A stretch of 64,000 nt of DNA from an uncultured Gemmatimonadales bacterium (GTDB lineage Bacteria; Gemmatimonadota; Gemmatimonadetes; Gemmatimonadales; GWC2-71-9). The stretch is from positions 1,888,001-1,952,000 of the forward strand of contig CAVZZO010000001.1 of assembly GCA_963779755.1 (NCBI GenBank), read 5' to 3'. Position 1 is the first letter of the stretch, and each line of letters opens with the position of its first letter. Made by a program: the position numbers and the translations under genes. The notes below the pieces were generated by a model, which did not search any database, was not told the DNA's origin, and was given only the letters and a program-made list of their open reading frames with translations. Of this stretch, positions 31,327 to 43,568 are shown piece by piece.

Positions 31327-32503
31327 TACCGCCGCCGGGCCGGCGGCGGCCCCGTTCAATTTCAAGCAGGCCATTTCGCAGATGGTCCAGCGCAACGGCT
31401 CGGACCTGCTGCTCAAGGTGGGCCGCTCGCCCAGCATCCGGGTGAACGGCGAGCTGACCAGCCTGGACATGCAGCCGCTCAAGCCGGAGGAGCTGAAGCT
31501 CCTGGCCGAGCAGATCATGACGCCGCGCCAGGTAAAGGAATTCTCGGAAAAGAAGGAAGCCGATTTCGCCATCGGCGTCCCCGGCGTGGGCCGCTTCCGC
31601 ACCAACATCTACCAGCAGCGGGGCACCCTGGCTTTTGCCTTCCGGGCCATTCCCTACGAGGTGAAGACCGTTCGGGAGCTGCACCTGCCCGAGGTGCTGG
31701 AGGAGATCTCCCTGCGCCCGCGCGGGCTGGTCCTGGTGACGGGGGTGACCGGCTCGGGCAAGAGCACCTCGCTGGCGGCGATGATCAACCACGTGAACCA
31801 GCATCGCCGGGTCAACATCATCACCATCGAGGATCCGATCGAGTTCCTGCATCGCGACGTGCACGCGAACATCTCGCAGCGCGAGGTAGGGAGCGACACG
31901 CTGTCGTTCGCGTCCGCGCTGCGGCACGTGTTGCGGCAGGACCCCGATGTCATCCTCATCGGCGAAGTGCGCGACATGGAAACGCTGGACACCGCGCTCA
32001 AGGCGGCCGATACCGGCCACCTGGTGTTCTCCACGCTGCACACCACCGATGCGACCCAGACCATCAACCGGGTGATCTCCTTCTATCCGCCGCACCAGCA
32101 CCAGGAGATCCGCTCGCTCCTCTCCACCGCGCTGGCCGCCGTGGTGTGCCTGCGCCTGGTGCCCCGAACCGACGGCAAGGGGCGGGTGCCGGCCTGCGAG
32201 GTGCTGATCAACACGGCCGCCGTGGCGGACAACATCCGCGATATCGAAAAGGCGCTCAACATTCCCGATCTCATCGCCGAGGGCACCGTCTCCTACGGCA
32301 TGCAGTCGTTCGACCAGTCGCTCATGAAGTGGTACCGGGAGGGCGTGGTGAGCTATGAAAGCGCCCTCTTCTATTCCAGCAACCCGAGCGAGTTCGCGCT
32401 GCGGGCCTCCGGGATCGATTCGGCCTCCGACCGCACCTTCACCGAGATCACCGGCGAAGAGCCGCGGCAGTCGGGCCCCCAGGACCAGCCCTTCTCACCC
32501 TGA
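31319..32503 (+). CDS. pilT: PilT/PilU family type IV pilus retraction ATPase
   Basis: [63 protein letters not shown]; the AIRNLIRE box reads AVADNIRD (PilU-like). Confidence 0.9.
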   Translation: MADTAAGPAAAPFNFKQAISQMVQRNGSDLLLKVGRSPSIRVNGELTSLDMQPLKPEELKLLAEQIMTPRQVKEFSEKKEADFAIGVPGVGRFRTNIYQQRGTLAFAFRAIPYEVKTVRELHLPEVLEEISLRPRGLVLVTGVTGSGKSTSLAAMINHVNQHRRVNIITIEDPIEFLHRDVHANISQREVGSDTLSFASALRHVLRQDPDVILIGEVRDMETLDTALKAADTGHLVFSTLHTTDATQTINRVISFYPPHQHQEIRSLLSTALAAVVCLRLVPRTDGKGRVPACEVLINTAAVADNIRDIEKALNIPDLIAEGTVSYGMQSFDQSLMKWYREGVVSYESALFYSSNPSEFALRASGIDSASDRTFTEITGEEPRQSGPQDQPFSP

Positions 32504-33861
32504 TGTTCAACAAGGTGCTGATCGCGAACCGCGGAGAGATCGCTCTGCGGATCATTCGCGCGTGCCGGGAGCTGGGTGTGCAGACCGTGGCCGTCTACAG
32601 CGAGGCCGACCGCGAGTCGCTGCACGTACGCTTTGCCGACGACGACGTCTGTATCGGGCCGCCGCCGGCCCGGCAGTCCTATCTGCGGATTCCTCATCTC
32701 ATCGCCGCGGCCGAGATCACCGGCGCCGACGCCATCCATCCCGGCTACGGCTTTCTGGCGGAAAACGCCGAATTCGCCGATACCTGCCGGGCCAGCAACA
32801 TCACCTTCATCGGCCCCACCGGCGACCAGATCCGCTCCATGGGCGACAAGGCCACGGCGCGCCGCCTGGCCCAGGAGGCGGGCGTCCCCACGGTGCCCGG
32901 CAGCACGGGCACCATCGAGGAGATGGACGAAGCCCTGGGAGTGGCCGGGGAAATCGGCTACCCCGTGATCATCAAGGCGACGGCCGGCGGGGGCGGGAAG
33001 GGGATGCGCATCGCCAACGACGCGGAGCAGTTCGCCCAGGTGTTCGGGCTGGCCCAGAACGAGGCGCTGGCCGCCTTCGGCAACAAGTCCGTCTACGTGG
33101 AGCGGTACCTCTCCCGCCCCCGGCACGTGGAAATCCAGGTCCTGGGCGACAGCCACGGAACCGTCACCCATCTGGGCGAGCGGGACTGCTCGGTGCAGCG
33201 GCGGCATCAGAAACTGATCGAAGAGAGCCCCAGCCCGGCGCTCACCACCGACCTGCGGGCGCAGATGGGCGAGGCGGCGGTCCGGCTGGCGGCGGCCATC
33301 AACTACGAGGGCGCCGGCACCATCGAATTCCTGCTGGACGAAGACGGCAGCTTCTATTTCATGGAGATGAACACCCGGATCCAGGTGGAGCACCCGGTGA
33401 CCGAGATGGTCACCAGTTTCGACCTGGTCAAGGACCAGATCCGCATCGCCGCGGGCGAGCGGCTGAGCTTCCAGGGCGACGGAACCAGGCTGCGGGGGCA
33501 CTCCATCGAGTGCCGGGTCAATGCCGAGGACCCGTACCGGAACTTCCAGCCCTCGCCGGGGACCATCAGCGCCTATCACCCGCCGGGCGGACCGGGGGTG
33601 CGTGTGGACAGCCATATCTACGACGGCTACACCGTCCCGCCCTATTACGATTCGCTGCTGGCCAAGGTCATCGTGCACGGGAACTCCCGCGCCGAGGCGC
33701 TCAACCGCATGGCCCAGGCGCTGGACAGCTTCATCATTGAAGGCGTCACCACGACCATCCCTTTCCTGGCGCGGGTGATCCGCCACCCCGATTTCGTCGC
33801 CGGCACCGTGGATACCCGGTTCCTGGAGCGCGAGCCCCACCTGCTGCGACCCGAGACATGA
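32503..33861 (+). CDS. accC: Acetyl-CoA carboxylase biotin carboxylase subunit
   Basis: [58 protein letters not shown]. Confidence 0.97.
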   Translation: MFNKVLIANRGEIALRIIRACRELGVQTVAVYSEADRESLHVRFADDDVCIGPPPARQSYLRIPHLIAAAEITGADAIHPGYGFLAENAEFADTCRASNITFIGPTGDQIRSMGDKATARRLAQEAGVPTVPGSTGTIEEMDEALGVAGEIGYPVIIKATAGGGGKGMRIANDAEQFAQVFGLAQNEALAAFGNKSVYVERYLSRPRHVEIQVLGDSHGTVTHLGERDCSVQRRHQKLIEESPSPALTTDLRAQMGEAAVRLAAAINYEGAGTIEFLLDEDGSFYFMEMNTRIQVEHPVTEMVTSFDLVKDQIRIAAGERLSFQGDGTRLRGHSIECRVNAEDPYRNFQPSPGTISAYHPPGGPGVRVDSHIYDGYTVPPYYDSLLAKVIVHGNSRAEALNRMAQALDSFIIEGVTTTIPFLARVIRHPDFVAGTVDTRFLEREPHLLRPET

Positions 33862-34594
33862 CGCTGGATGTCGTCTTCACGCCGGACGGCCTGGCACCCG
33901 GGGGGCTGGCGGGACGGGCGGTGTTCGTGATCGACATCCTCCGGGCCATGACCTCCATGTGTACCGCGCTGCGGCACGGCGCCCGCGCGGTGGTGCCCGC
34001 GCCCTCCACCGAAGAAGCGCTCCGGATGGCGCAGACCCTGGGCCCGCCCGACGTGGTGCTCGCCGGGGAACGGCACTGCGAGCGCATCCCCGGTTTTGCG
34101 CTGGGCAACAGCCCGCGGGAGATGGCGGCGGCGGCGGTGCGGGGCAAGACGGTGATCATGTGCACCACCAACGGCACCCGCGCGCTGCTGGCCACGCAGG
34201 GGGCGGCGGCGGTGTATCCCGCGGCGGCCGTCAACCTCGCGGCGGCGGGTCGGAGGGCGGAGGAGGTGCTGGAGCGCGACGGCAGTCTGGTAATCCTCTG
34301 CGCGGGCCGCGAGGGCGATTTTGCCCTGGAGGACGCCTATTGCGCCGGCCGTCTGGCCGTGGCCGCCATGGGGGGGCGGCGGCGTACCCGCGGCCTCAAC
34401 GATGCCGCCCTGGCTGCCCTCGATTTGGTCCGCCGCTACGGCGAACGCTGGGACCGGCCGCTGCGGGCCAGCCGGGCGGGCCGGCAACTGGCCCGCCTGG
34501 GCTACGGCGAGGATGTGCTGGAAGCGGGAAATCAGGACAGCTGCGCGCTCCTGCTCACCTATCACGACCGGCGCGTGACCGCGTCGGCAGCCTC

Positions 34595-34598
<4 letters not shown>
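33858..34598 (+). CDS. comB: 2-phosphosulfolactate phosphatase family protein (ComB-like)
   Basis: [28 protein letters not shown]...EDAYCAG. Confidence 0.88.
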
Positions 34599-36823
<2,225 letters not shown>

Positions 36824-36992
36824 GGGACCAGGAATCAGGGACCAGGGACCAGGGACTCAGGGACTCAGGGACCAGGGACTCAGGGACTCAGGGACCAGAG
36901 ACTCAGGGACCAGGGACCAGGGACCAGGGAACAGGTAACGGGAACGGGGTGCGACCCAAGGTTCCTGATTCCTGATTCCCGGTTCCTTTTTT
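36824..36992. repeat. Tandem array of ~17 GGGACCA/GGGACTCA units with an inverted TTCCTGA arm and T-tract
   Basis: 7/8-nt units at 36824-36947; ttcctga ttcctga ttcccgg ttcc at 36962-36986, then tttttt. Confidence 0.92.
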
Positions 36993-37053
36993 CCGCTCCG
37001 TTTCGCGCTCGGAGGGTGACACTCCTCCGTCGCCCCTGCGCTATCCTCGCTGC

Positions 37054-37452
37054 ATGCACACCCGTCGTTTCATCCCCACCGAAGAATGGGAAGACGCCCG
37101 GCAGCTCCGGGGGCTCCGCGGCGAGCGGGCTGCCCTGGCCTGGCTTATCGCCTGCGGCTGGGAGGTCGAGGCGCACCGGTTCCGCCTGGGGCGGCACGAT
37201 ATCGACCTCATCATGCGGCGCGGCGGCATCGTCGCCTTCGTCGAGGTCAAGACCCGGCGGGGCCACGCCTGCGGCACTCCCCTCGAGGCCGTGGGTCGCC
37301 GGAAACAGAGCACCATCGGACGTGTCGCGGAGCTCTGGCGGCTGCGCTACGGGAGGCCGGGAGATAGCTACCGGTTCGATGTGGTGGCGGTGGATGAGCT
37401 CGAAGCCGGTCGAATGGAGATTCAGCACCTGGAGGATGCGTGGCGGCTTTAG
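37054..37452 (+). CDS. yraN: YraN family (UPF0102) nuclease-fold protein
   Basis: GLRGERAA, DIDLI, FVEVKTR, PLEAV..RKQ, RFDVVAV, HLEDAW. Confidence 0.9.
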   Translation: MHTRRFIPTEEWEDARQLRGLRGERAALAWLIACGWEVEAHRFRLGRHDIDLIMRRGGIVAFVEVKTRRGHACGTPLEAVGRRKQSTIGRVAELWRLRYGRPGDSYRFDVVAVDELEAGRMEIQHLEDAWRL

Positions 37453-37919
37453 CGAGGGACCAGGGATCGGGAATCGGGAATCAGGGGAACGCACCCAGGA
37501 TTCGGAACTTTCGCGACCTGCTCGTCTGGCAAGCAGCCATTGACCTGGCAGTGGAGACATATCGTATCGCCGCCAACCTGCCAGATTCTGAGCGCTACGG
37601 CCTGCGTGCGCAAATGCAGCGGGCCTCGGTGTCTGTGGCCGCCAATATCGCCGAGGGAAATGGCCGAGCGGCGACCGGCGCCTATATCAACCATCTCGGA
37701 ATCGCGCACGGCTCCCTCATGGAGTTGGAAACCTATCTGGTGCTCGTGGTTCGCCTCAGGTTTCTCGGTTCCGAGGATACAGCCTCCTCCGCTTCCCTTG
37801 CCCGCGAAACAGGCAAGATGCTGCGACGCCTGATCCTGCGCCTGAAGGAACGTGTAGGCCGGACCGCCCAAGAGCCAGGATCAAGGGGAGAGGGCGGACG
37901 CCGTATTCCCGATTCCTGA
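37440..37919 (+). CDS. Four-helix-bundle protein (23S rRNA IVP/bAvd-like); start uncertain
   Basis: FRDLLVWQAA, PDSERYGLRAQMQRASVSVAANIAEG..R, IAHGSLMELETYL family motifs. Confidence 0.9.
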   Translation: MAALARDQGSGIGNQGNAPRIRNFRDLLVWQAAIDLAVETYRIAANLPDSERYGLRAQMQRASVSVAANIAEGNGRAATGAYINHLGIAHGSLMELETYLVLVVRLRFLGSEDTASSASLARETGKMLRRLILRLKERVGRTAQEPGSRGEGGRRIPDS

Positions 37920-37932
37920 TTCCTCGTCCCTC
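37454..37932. mobile_element. Candidate mini-cassette: four-helix-bundle gene bounded by 28-nt inverted heptamer repeats
   Basis: Left arm gagggac cagggat cgggaat cgggaat (37454-37481); reverse complement of right arm (37905-37932) gagggac gaggaat caggaat cgggaat; 25/28 identical. Mobility is inferred. Confidence 0.5.
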
Positions 37933-37961
37933 TTGCTTCGGATTTTGTTCGGCAATAGATT
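37933..37961 (+). promoter_or_regulatory. Putative recA sigma70 promoter with a TTCGG-N6-TTCGG direct repeat
   Basis: TTGCTT-17 nt-TAGATT; ttcggattttgttcgg overlaps the -35 and spacer. Confidence 0.6.
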
Positions 37962-38011
37962 AGTTCCTATCGCAGTGGCGCAAAATCAGTCACCCCAATA
38001 CCGAGGGCCCC

Positions 38012-39064
38012 ATGGCCGCAACCGATGAGTCCCGTCTCGACGCCGAGAAGCGCAAGGCGCTGAACCTCGCCATTTCCCAGATCGAAAAGCAGCTCGGCAA
38101 GGGGTCCATCATGCGGATGGGGTCGGAAACGCCCCGGGTCCGGGTGGCGGCCATTCCCACCGGGGCCATCAACCTCGATGCGGCCATCGGCATCGGCGGG
38201 GTGCCCCGGGGCCGGATCACCGAGATTTACGGCCCGGAAGCCTCCGGAAAGACAACCCTGACCCTGCACCTGGCAGCCAACGTCCAGCGGCTGGGCGGTG
38301 TCGCGGCCTACGTGGACGCGGAGCACGCGCTGGATATCGAATACGCCCGCAAGCTCGGTGTGGACGTGGAGAATCTCCTGGTCTCCCAGCCCGACACCGG
38401 GGAACAGGCGCTGGAGATCGTCGAAATCCTGGTGCGCTCGGGCGCGGTGGATCTGGTGGTGATCGATTCGGTGGCCGCCCTGGTGCCCAAGGCGGAAATC
38501 GAAGGCGAAATGGGCGACAGCCACGTGGGGCTCCAGGCCCGGCTCATGAGCCAGGCGCTGCGGAAGCTGGCGGGCGCCATCAACCGCTCCAACTGCGCCG
38601 TGGTGTTCATCAACCAGCTGCGCGAAAAGATCGGCGTCATGTTCGGCAACCCCGAGACTACCACCGGCGGCAAGGCGCTCAAGTTCTACGCCTCGGTGCG
38701 GCTGGATATCCGGCGGGTGGGTGCGGTGAAGGAGCGGGAAAACGTGATCGGCAACCACGTGCGGGTCAAAGTGGTGAAGAACAAGGTCGCGCCGCCCTTC
38801 AAGCAGGCCGAATTCGACGTCATGTTCGACGAAGGCATCAGCCATACCTCCCTCCTGGTAGATATCGCCGCCGAAGCCAACATCATCCAGAAGTCTGGGG
38901 CCTGGTACTCCTATGGCGACCAGCGCATCGGCCAGGGCCGGGAGAACGCCAAGCTCTTCCTGCGCGACAACGCCGCGCTGCAGGCCGAGGTCGAACAGAA
39001 AGTGCTCGATTATCTCGGCATCCGTCCCACGGTAACCGCCGGAGCGGCGGAGGATGAAGACTGA
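38012..39064 (+). CDS. recA: Recombinase RecA
   Basis: [58 protein letters not shown]. Confidence 0.99.
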   Translation: MAATDESRLDAEKRKALNLAISQIEKQLGKGSIMRMGSETPRVRVAAIPTGAINLDAAIGIGGVPRGRITEIYGPEASGKTTLTLHLAANVQRLGGVAAYVDAEHALDIEYARKLGVDVENLLVSQPDTGEQALEIVEILVRSGAVDLVVIDSVAALVPKAEIEGEMGDSHVGLQARLMSQALRKLAGAINRSNCAVVFINQLREKIGVMFGNPETTTGGKALKFYASVRLDIRRVGAVKERENVIGNHVRVKVVKNKVAPPFKQAEFDVMFDEGISHTSLLVDIAAEANIIQKSGAWYSYGDQRIGQGRENAKLFLRDNAALQAEVEQKVLDYLGIRPTVTAGAAEDED

Positions 39065-39737
39065 GCTCCCGTTAAGCGGCGCCTCCGCCACGGAGGAGCG
39101 GGCTGCGGGGCGGATTACCGCCCTGGAGCCCGATCCTCGCATGCCCGGGGCCGTCCGGGTGGCGGTCGACGGCCGGCTGCAGTGGACCGTCGCCGCCGAG
39201 GCCGCCGATGGCGCCGGACTGCGGGCGGGGCTGGAGGTCACCGCGGCCCTGGAGCGTCTGCTGGAACGGGCGGCCGATGCCCAGGCCGCCTGGCGCGCAG
39301 TACTCGCCGCGCTGGCCCGCCGCGGCTATGCCCGGCGCGATCTGGCCCGCCGGCTGACCCAGCGTGGCCACCCCCGGCCGGCGGTCGATCAGGCGCTGGA
39401 TCGCGCCGCGGCGGCGGGGCTGCTCAATGATGCCGAGTTTGCCCGGCACTATGCCCAGGTGAAGGCGGCGCGCGGCCGGGGGCCCGCGCGCCTGCTGCGC
39501 GACCTGCTGTTGATGGGGGTCGAACGCGGGGTGGCCGACCAGGCGATTGCGCAGGAATGGGAGGAGAACGGCACCGGCGACGACATGCCGCGCCGGCTGG
39601 CGCAGCGCCGGTCGTCGCAGCTGGGCGATCTGCCGCGGGAGGTCAAGCTGCGGCGGGTGAAGGCCTACCTCGCCCGGCGCGGGTTCAGCGGGCCGGCGAT
39701 CAGCCGGATGGTGCGGGAGGTGCTGGGCGGCTCGTAG
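39054..39737 (+). CDS. recX: Regulatory protein RecX
   Basis: Directly after rec[28 protein letters not shown]. Confidence 0.88.
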   Translation: MKTELPLSGASATEERAAGRITALEPDPRMPGAVRVAVDGRLQWTVAAEAADGAGLRAGLEVTAALERLLERAADAQAAWRAVLAALARRGYARRDLARRLTQRGHPRPAVDQALDRAAAAGLLNDAEFARHYAQVKAARGRGPARLLRDLLLMGVERGVADQAIAQEWEENGTGDDMPRRLAQRRSSQLGDLPREVKLRRVKAYLARRGFSGPAISRMVREVLGGS

Positions 39738-39850
39738 GGGCGTGGCATGCCACGCCCCTGCGAGCCGCCACGGCATGCACGCCCCTACGAGCCGCCCGGC
39801 ATGCCACGCCCCTACGAGCCGCAGTGGGCACGGCGCCGCCGTGCCCTTAC
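39734..39850. repeat. GTAG-type REP cluster with three ~27-nt direct repeats
   Basis: GTAGGGGCGTGGCATGCCACGCCCCTGC palindrome, two more GGCATGC(C)ACGCCCCTACGAGCCGC units, then a GGGCACGGC..GCCGTGCCC-TTAC hairpin. Confidence 0.85.
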
Positions 39851-39859
39851 ATTTCCCGC

Positions 39860-42490
39860 ATGCACTCCAGCGCGATCCGCCGTCTCTTCCTCGACTTCTT
39901 TGTGGCTCGGGGGCACCGCGAGGTGCCCTCGTCGTCCCTGGTCCCCGCCGACGATCCCACGCTGCTCTTCACCAACGCCGGCATGGTGCAGTTCAAGCGG
40001 GTGTTCCTGGGGCAGGATCATCGCGACTATACCCGGGCCACCACGGTGCAGAAGTGCGTGCGGGCCGGGGGCAAGCACAACGACCTGGAGCAGGTCGGGC
40101 TTACCCGGCGGCACCACACGTTCTTCGAGATGCTGGGGAATTTTTCCTTCGGCGATTACTTCAAGCGCGACGCGATCGCCTTCGCCTGGGAGTTCGTGAC
40201 CAGCGCCGACTATCTCGGCCTGGACCCGGCCCGGCTCCGGGTTTCCGTCCATCACAGCGATGAAGAAGCCCGCGCCCTGTGGCGGGAGATCACCGGCCTG
40301 CCCGACCACCGTATCTACGGCCTGGGCGACGCGGACAATTTCTGGCAGATGGGCGACACCGGTCCCTGCGGCCCCTGCAGCGAGATCTTCGTGGATCTCG
40401 AATGGAATCCGGGCGCGGCGCCGGCGCGGATCGACCGGCCCGAATTCGAACGGCTGGCGGAGGCCGGCCGGTTCCTGGAGATCTGGAACCTGGTCTTCAT
40501 GCAGTATGACCGGCAGGCGGACGGTGCGCTGACCCCGCTGCCCCGGCCGTCGGTGGACACCGGGGCCGGGCTGGAGCGCATCGCCGCCGTGATGCAGCAG
40601 GAAGACGATAATTTTCACACCGATCTCTTCCTGCCCATTCTGCGGCGTGCCGAAGCGCTGATCGGCCGCCCCTATACCCGGACCGCCACCGGCACCGATA
40701 TCTCCTTCCGCGTGCTGGCCGACCACGCCCGTGCCGTCGGCTTCCTGCTGGCCGACGGCGTTTACCCCGGCAACGAGGGGCGCGGCTACGTGTTGCGCCG
40801 CATCCTCCGGCGCGCGGTGCGGCACGCCTGGCTGCTGGGCCGCCGGGAGCCGACCCTGGCGCAGCTCACCCGGACGGTGGTGGAGCTTATGGGCGAGGCC
40901 TATCCCGAGCTTCAGGCCCGCGCGGAGTTCATCCAGCAGACCACCGCGGCGGAAGAGCAGCGCTTTCTGGAGACCATCGAGGGCGGGCTGCGGCGCCTGG
41001 AGGAGCTCTTCGGCTCCGGGGCCAGGGAAATCCCCGGCGAGGAAGCCTTCAAGCTGTACGACACCTACGGGTTCCCGGTCGACCTGACGCAGCTCATCGC
41101 GGCGGAGCGCGGCCTGCAAGTGGACCTCGAAGGCTTCGAGCGCGCGCTGGAGGAGCAACGCGAGCGCTCCCGCGAAGCCGCCTCCCGGGCGAAGGGGACG
41201 GAATCCGGTGCGCCGGCCATCCACACCACCGACGGCGCCGACTGGCGGACGCTGCGCTCCGGTGCGCAGGAATTCGTCGGCTATACCAGCGACGAAGCCG
41301 AGACCGATCTGCTGGCCTTCCGGCAGGAAGGCGACCGGGTGGAGCTGGTGCTGCGGGAGAATCCCTTCTATGCCGAGTCCGGCGGCCAGGTGAGCGATAC
41401 CGGCGGCCTCACCGGCCAGGGCTGGTCGCTCCGGGTGGAGGATGTGCGCAAGGATCCGCGGGGGACGGTGCTGGGTGGCCGGTTCGGCGAAACCTTTGAG
41501 CCCACGCCGCTCGATGCCCGGGTGGACCGCAGCCGGCGCCGCAGCATCGAACGCAACCACAGCGCCACCCACCTGGTCCATGCGGCGCTGCGCCGGGTGC
41601 TGGGGACGCATGTGCGGCAGCAGGGCTCGCTGGTGGACGCCGACCGGCTGCGGTTCGACTTCTCTCACCACGGGCCGATCGACCCCGCCACGCTGCAGTC
41701 TATCGAGCGCGACGTGAACGAGCAGATCCTCGCCAACGCACCGGTTACCACCCGGGAGATGGCGTACCCCGATGCCCTGCGGCTGGGCGCCATGGCGTTC
41801 TTCTCCGAGAAGTACGGCGACATCGTCCGGGTGGTGCAGATGGGCGACTCCATCGAGCTGTGCGGCGGCACCCATGTTCGTTCCACCGGGCAGGTCGGGC
41901 TCTTCCGCTTCGCCAGCCAGGGCGGGGTCGCGGCCGGGGTCCGGCGCATCGAGGCGCTGACCGGCGAGCGGGCCTACGAGGCGGTGGTGGGGCTGCAGGA
42001 CCGGCTGCACCAGGTGGCCGATCTGCTCAAGGCGCAGCCCGAGCATCTGTCCCGCCGGGTGGAACAGCTGCTGGAAGAGCGCGCCCGGCTGGAGTCCCGC
42101 CTCTCGGAGCTGCTGAAGAGCGGCGCGGCGGCGCCGGAGGCCGGCACCGAGATGGACATCAACGGGGTGCGGCTGACGCTGGGCGAGGCGGGGACCGACA
42201 ACCGCGATGAAGTCGCCGCCATGGCCGACAGCTTCCGCAGCGGCCGCCAGAACGCCGTGCTGGTGCTGCTCGGCACGGGCGAACGCGCGTCGGTCCACGC
42301 CGCCGTCACCGACGACCTGGTGAAACGCGGCCGGCGGGCGGGCGATCTGGTGCAACGCATCGCGGCCGTGGCCGGTGGCCGTGGCGGCGGGCGTCCGCAG
42401 TTCGCCTCGGCCGGCCTGGGCGACGTCTCGCGGCTGGCGGCAGTGCGCGCCGCCGTTCCCACCGTGGTGGCACAGTGGCTGGCGGGATGA
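39860..42490 (+). CDS. alaS: Alanine--tRNA ligase
   Basis: DPTLLFTNAGMVQFK, HHTFFEMLGNFSFGDYFK, GPCGPCSE, DTGAGLER, editing HSATH and ELCGGTH, DHHA1 GGRGGG; start at ATG 39860. Confidence 0.98.
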   Translation: MHSSAIRRLFLDFFVARGHREVPSSSLVPADDPTLLFTNAGMVQFKRVFLGQDHRDYTRATTVQKCVRAGGKHNDLEQVGLTRRHHTFFEMLGNFSFGDYFKRDAIAFAWEFVTSADYLGLDPARLRVSVHHSDEEARALWREITGLPDHRIYGLGDADNFWQMGDTGPCGPCSEIFVDLEWNPGAAPARIDRPEFERLAEAGRFLEIWNLVFMQYDRQADGALTPLPRPSVDTGAGLERIAAVMQQEDDNFHTDLFLPILRRAEALIGRPYTRTATGTDISFRVLADHARAVGFLLADGVYPGNEGRGYVLRRILRRAVRHAWLLGRREPTLAQLTRTVVELMGEAYPELQARAEFIQQTTAAEEQRFLETIEGGLRRLEELFGSGAREIPGEEAFKLYDTYGFPVDLTQLIAAERGLQVDLEGFERALEEQRERSREAASRAKGTESGAPAIHTTDGADWRTLRSGAQEFVGYTSDEAETDLLAFRQEGDRVELVLRENPFYAESGGQVSDTGGLTGQGWSLRVEDVRKDPRGTVLGGRFGETFEPTPLDARVDRSRRRSIERNHSATHLVHAALRRVLGTHVRQQGSLVDADRLRFDFSHHGPIDPATLQSIERDVNEQILANAPVTTREMAYPDALRLGAMAFFSEKYGDIVRVVQMGDSIELCGGTHVRSTGQVGLFRFASQGGVAAGVRRIEALTGERAYEAVVGLQDRLHQVADLLKAQPEHLSRRVEQLLEERARLESRLSELLKSGAAAPEAGTEMDINGVRLTLGEAGTDNRDEVAAMADSFRSGRQNAVLVLLGTGERASVHAAVTDDLVKRGRRAGDLVQRIAAVAGGRGGGRPQFASAGLGDVSRLAAVRAAVPTVVAQWLAG

Positions 42491-42789
42491 ACCCTGCCGA
42501 TTGGGTGGTGGCGCACAGCGTCCGGGCGCCGGGGCCGTTGCGCGACCGGGTGCTGGGCACCCTGGCCTCGGTCGAGCCAGGCGGCACCGCACCGGAGACC
42601 CTGGCGCGCGCGGCCGATGCTGCCCTGGCCCGGGTACTGGAACAGGAGTCGGGAGGGCGCGAGCTGGCGCTCGATCTGCTGAGCGCCGACGCGCTCATCA
42701 CCCAGGCACTGGAAGCGCAGGCGGAGCTCGATCCCGCCGGCCTGGAGGACTTCGCCACGCAGCGTCTCGACGCCTCGCTCCTGGCGTGA
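42487..42789 (+). CDS. Hypothetical protein (100 aa, helical)
   Basis: ATGA/GTGA coupled on both sides; RELALDLLSADALIT. Confidence 0.7.
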   Translation: MNPADWVVAHSVRAPGPLRDRVLGTLASVEPGGTAPETLARAADAALARVLEQESGGRELALDLLSADALITQALEAQAELDPAGLEDFATQRLDASLLA

Positions 42790-43550
42790 TCGATCTCCAC
42801 TGCCATCTTCTGCCGGGAGTGGATGACGGCTCCCGCTCGGTGGAGCAGTCGGTGACGGTGCTGCGCGAGATGGCGCGGCACGGCATTACCGACGTCTGCC
42901 TGACGCCGCACCTGACGGCGAGCCGCCTGAACCACGGCATCCCGGCGCAGTTCGACGAGGCGTTCACCGCCCTGCGACAGGTGGCGCCCGCCTCGCCCCG
43001 GTTGACGCGGGCCGCCGAGGTCATGCTCGACTGCCCCCTGCGCTACGAGGTGGGTGCCGAACGCCGGGCCACGCTGGGCGGTTCCCGGTATATTCTCGTG
43101 GAGTTTCCCCGGCTGGTATCGGCGGACGTGGTCGAGCGCGCGCTGCGCGATGTGTTGCGGGTCGAACTGGTGCCGCTGCTGGCCCATCCCGAGCGTTACC
43201 GCTGCGGCACGGCGGGGAACGTGCGGAAGTGGCGCGCCCTGGGCGCCCGGATGCAGGTGGATGCGACCACCCTGGCCTCACCCCGCAAGCGGGGGCAGCG
43301 CGCGCGCGATCTCCTGGCGCTGGGTATGGCCGACATCGCCGCCGCGGACAACCACGGCGACGGACGCCTGCTTACCACGGTCCGCCAGCTGCTGGAGGCG
43401 CGCCACGGCGAGGAGCAGGCCGAGCTGCTGACCCGGGAGAACCCGGCCCGGATCCTGGCCGATCGCGAGCTGGAGCCGGTGCAGCCGGTTCCCTGGCATA
43501 CCTCCTGGTGGCGCCGTTTCAAACTCGCGCTGGAAGGCGACGATTTCTGA
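42786..43550 (+). CDS. CpsB/CapC family PHP tyrosine-protein phosphatase
   Basis: IDLHCHLLPGVDDG, TPH, YILVEF, LAHPERY, ADNH, NPARIL. Confidence 0.9.
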   Translation: MIDLHCHLLPGVDDGSRSVEQSVTVLREMARHGITDVCLTPHLTASRLNHGIPAQFDEAFTALRQVAPASPRLTRAAEVMLDCPLRYEVGAERRATLGGSRYILVEFPRLVSADVVERALRDVLRVELVPLLAHPERYRCGTAGNVRKWRALGARMQVDATTLASPRKRGQRARDLLALGMADIAAADNHGDGRLLTTVRQLLEARHGEEQAELLTRENPARILADRELEPVQPVPWHTSWWRRFKLALEGDDF

Positions 43551-43568
43551 CCCCCGCAGGGAGCCCGC

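Noticed and set aside
36824..36947. Possible CRISPR array or FtsK KOPS cluster
   Set aside because: Units are 7-8 nt with no unique spacers and no cas genes; GGGACCAGGG does not match KOPS GGGNAGGG
37440..37919. Diversity-generating retroelement (Avd) or 23S rRNA intervening sequence
   Set aside because: No reverse transcriptase, no TR/VR pair and no rRNA gene seen in the window
39744..39824. Three ~27-nt direct repeats as a mini-CRISPR
   Set aside because: Units are contiguous without spacers and derive from the adjacent REP palindrome
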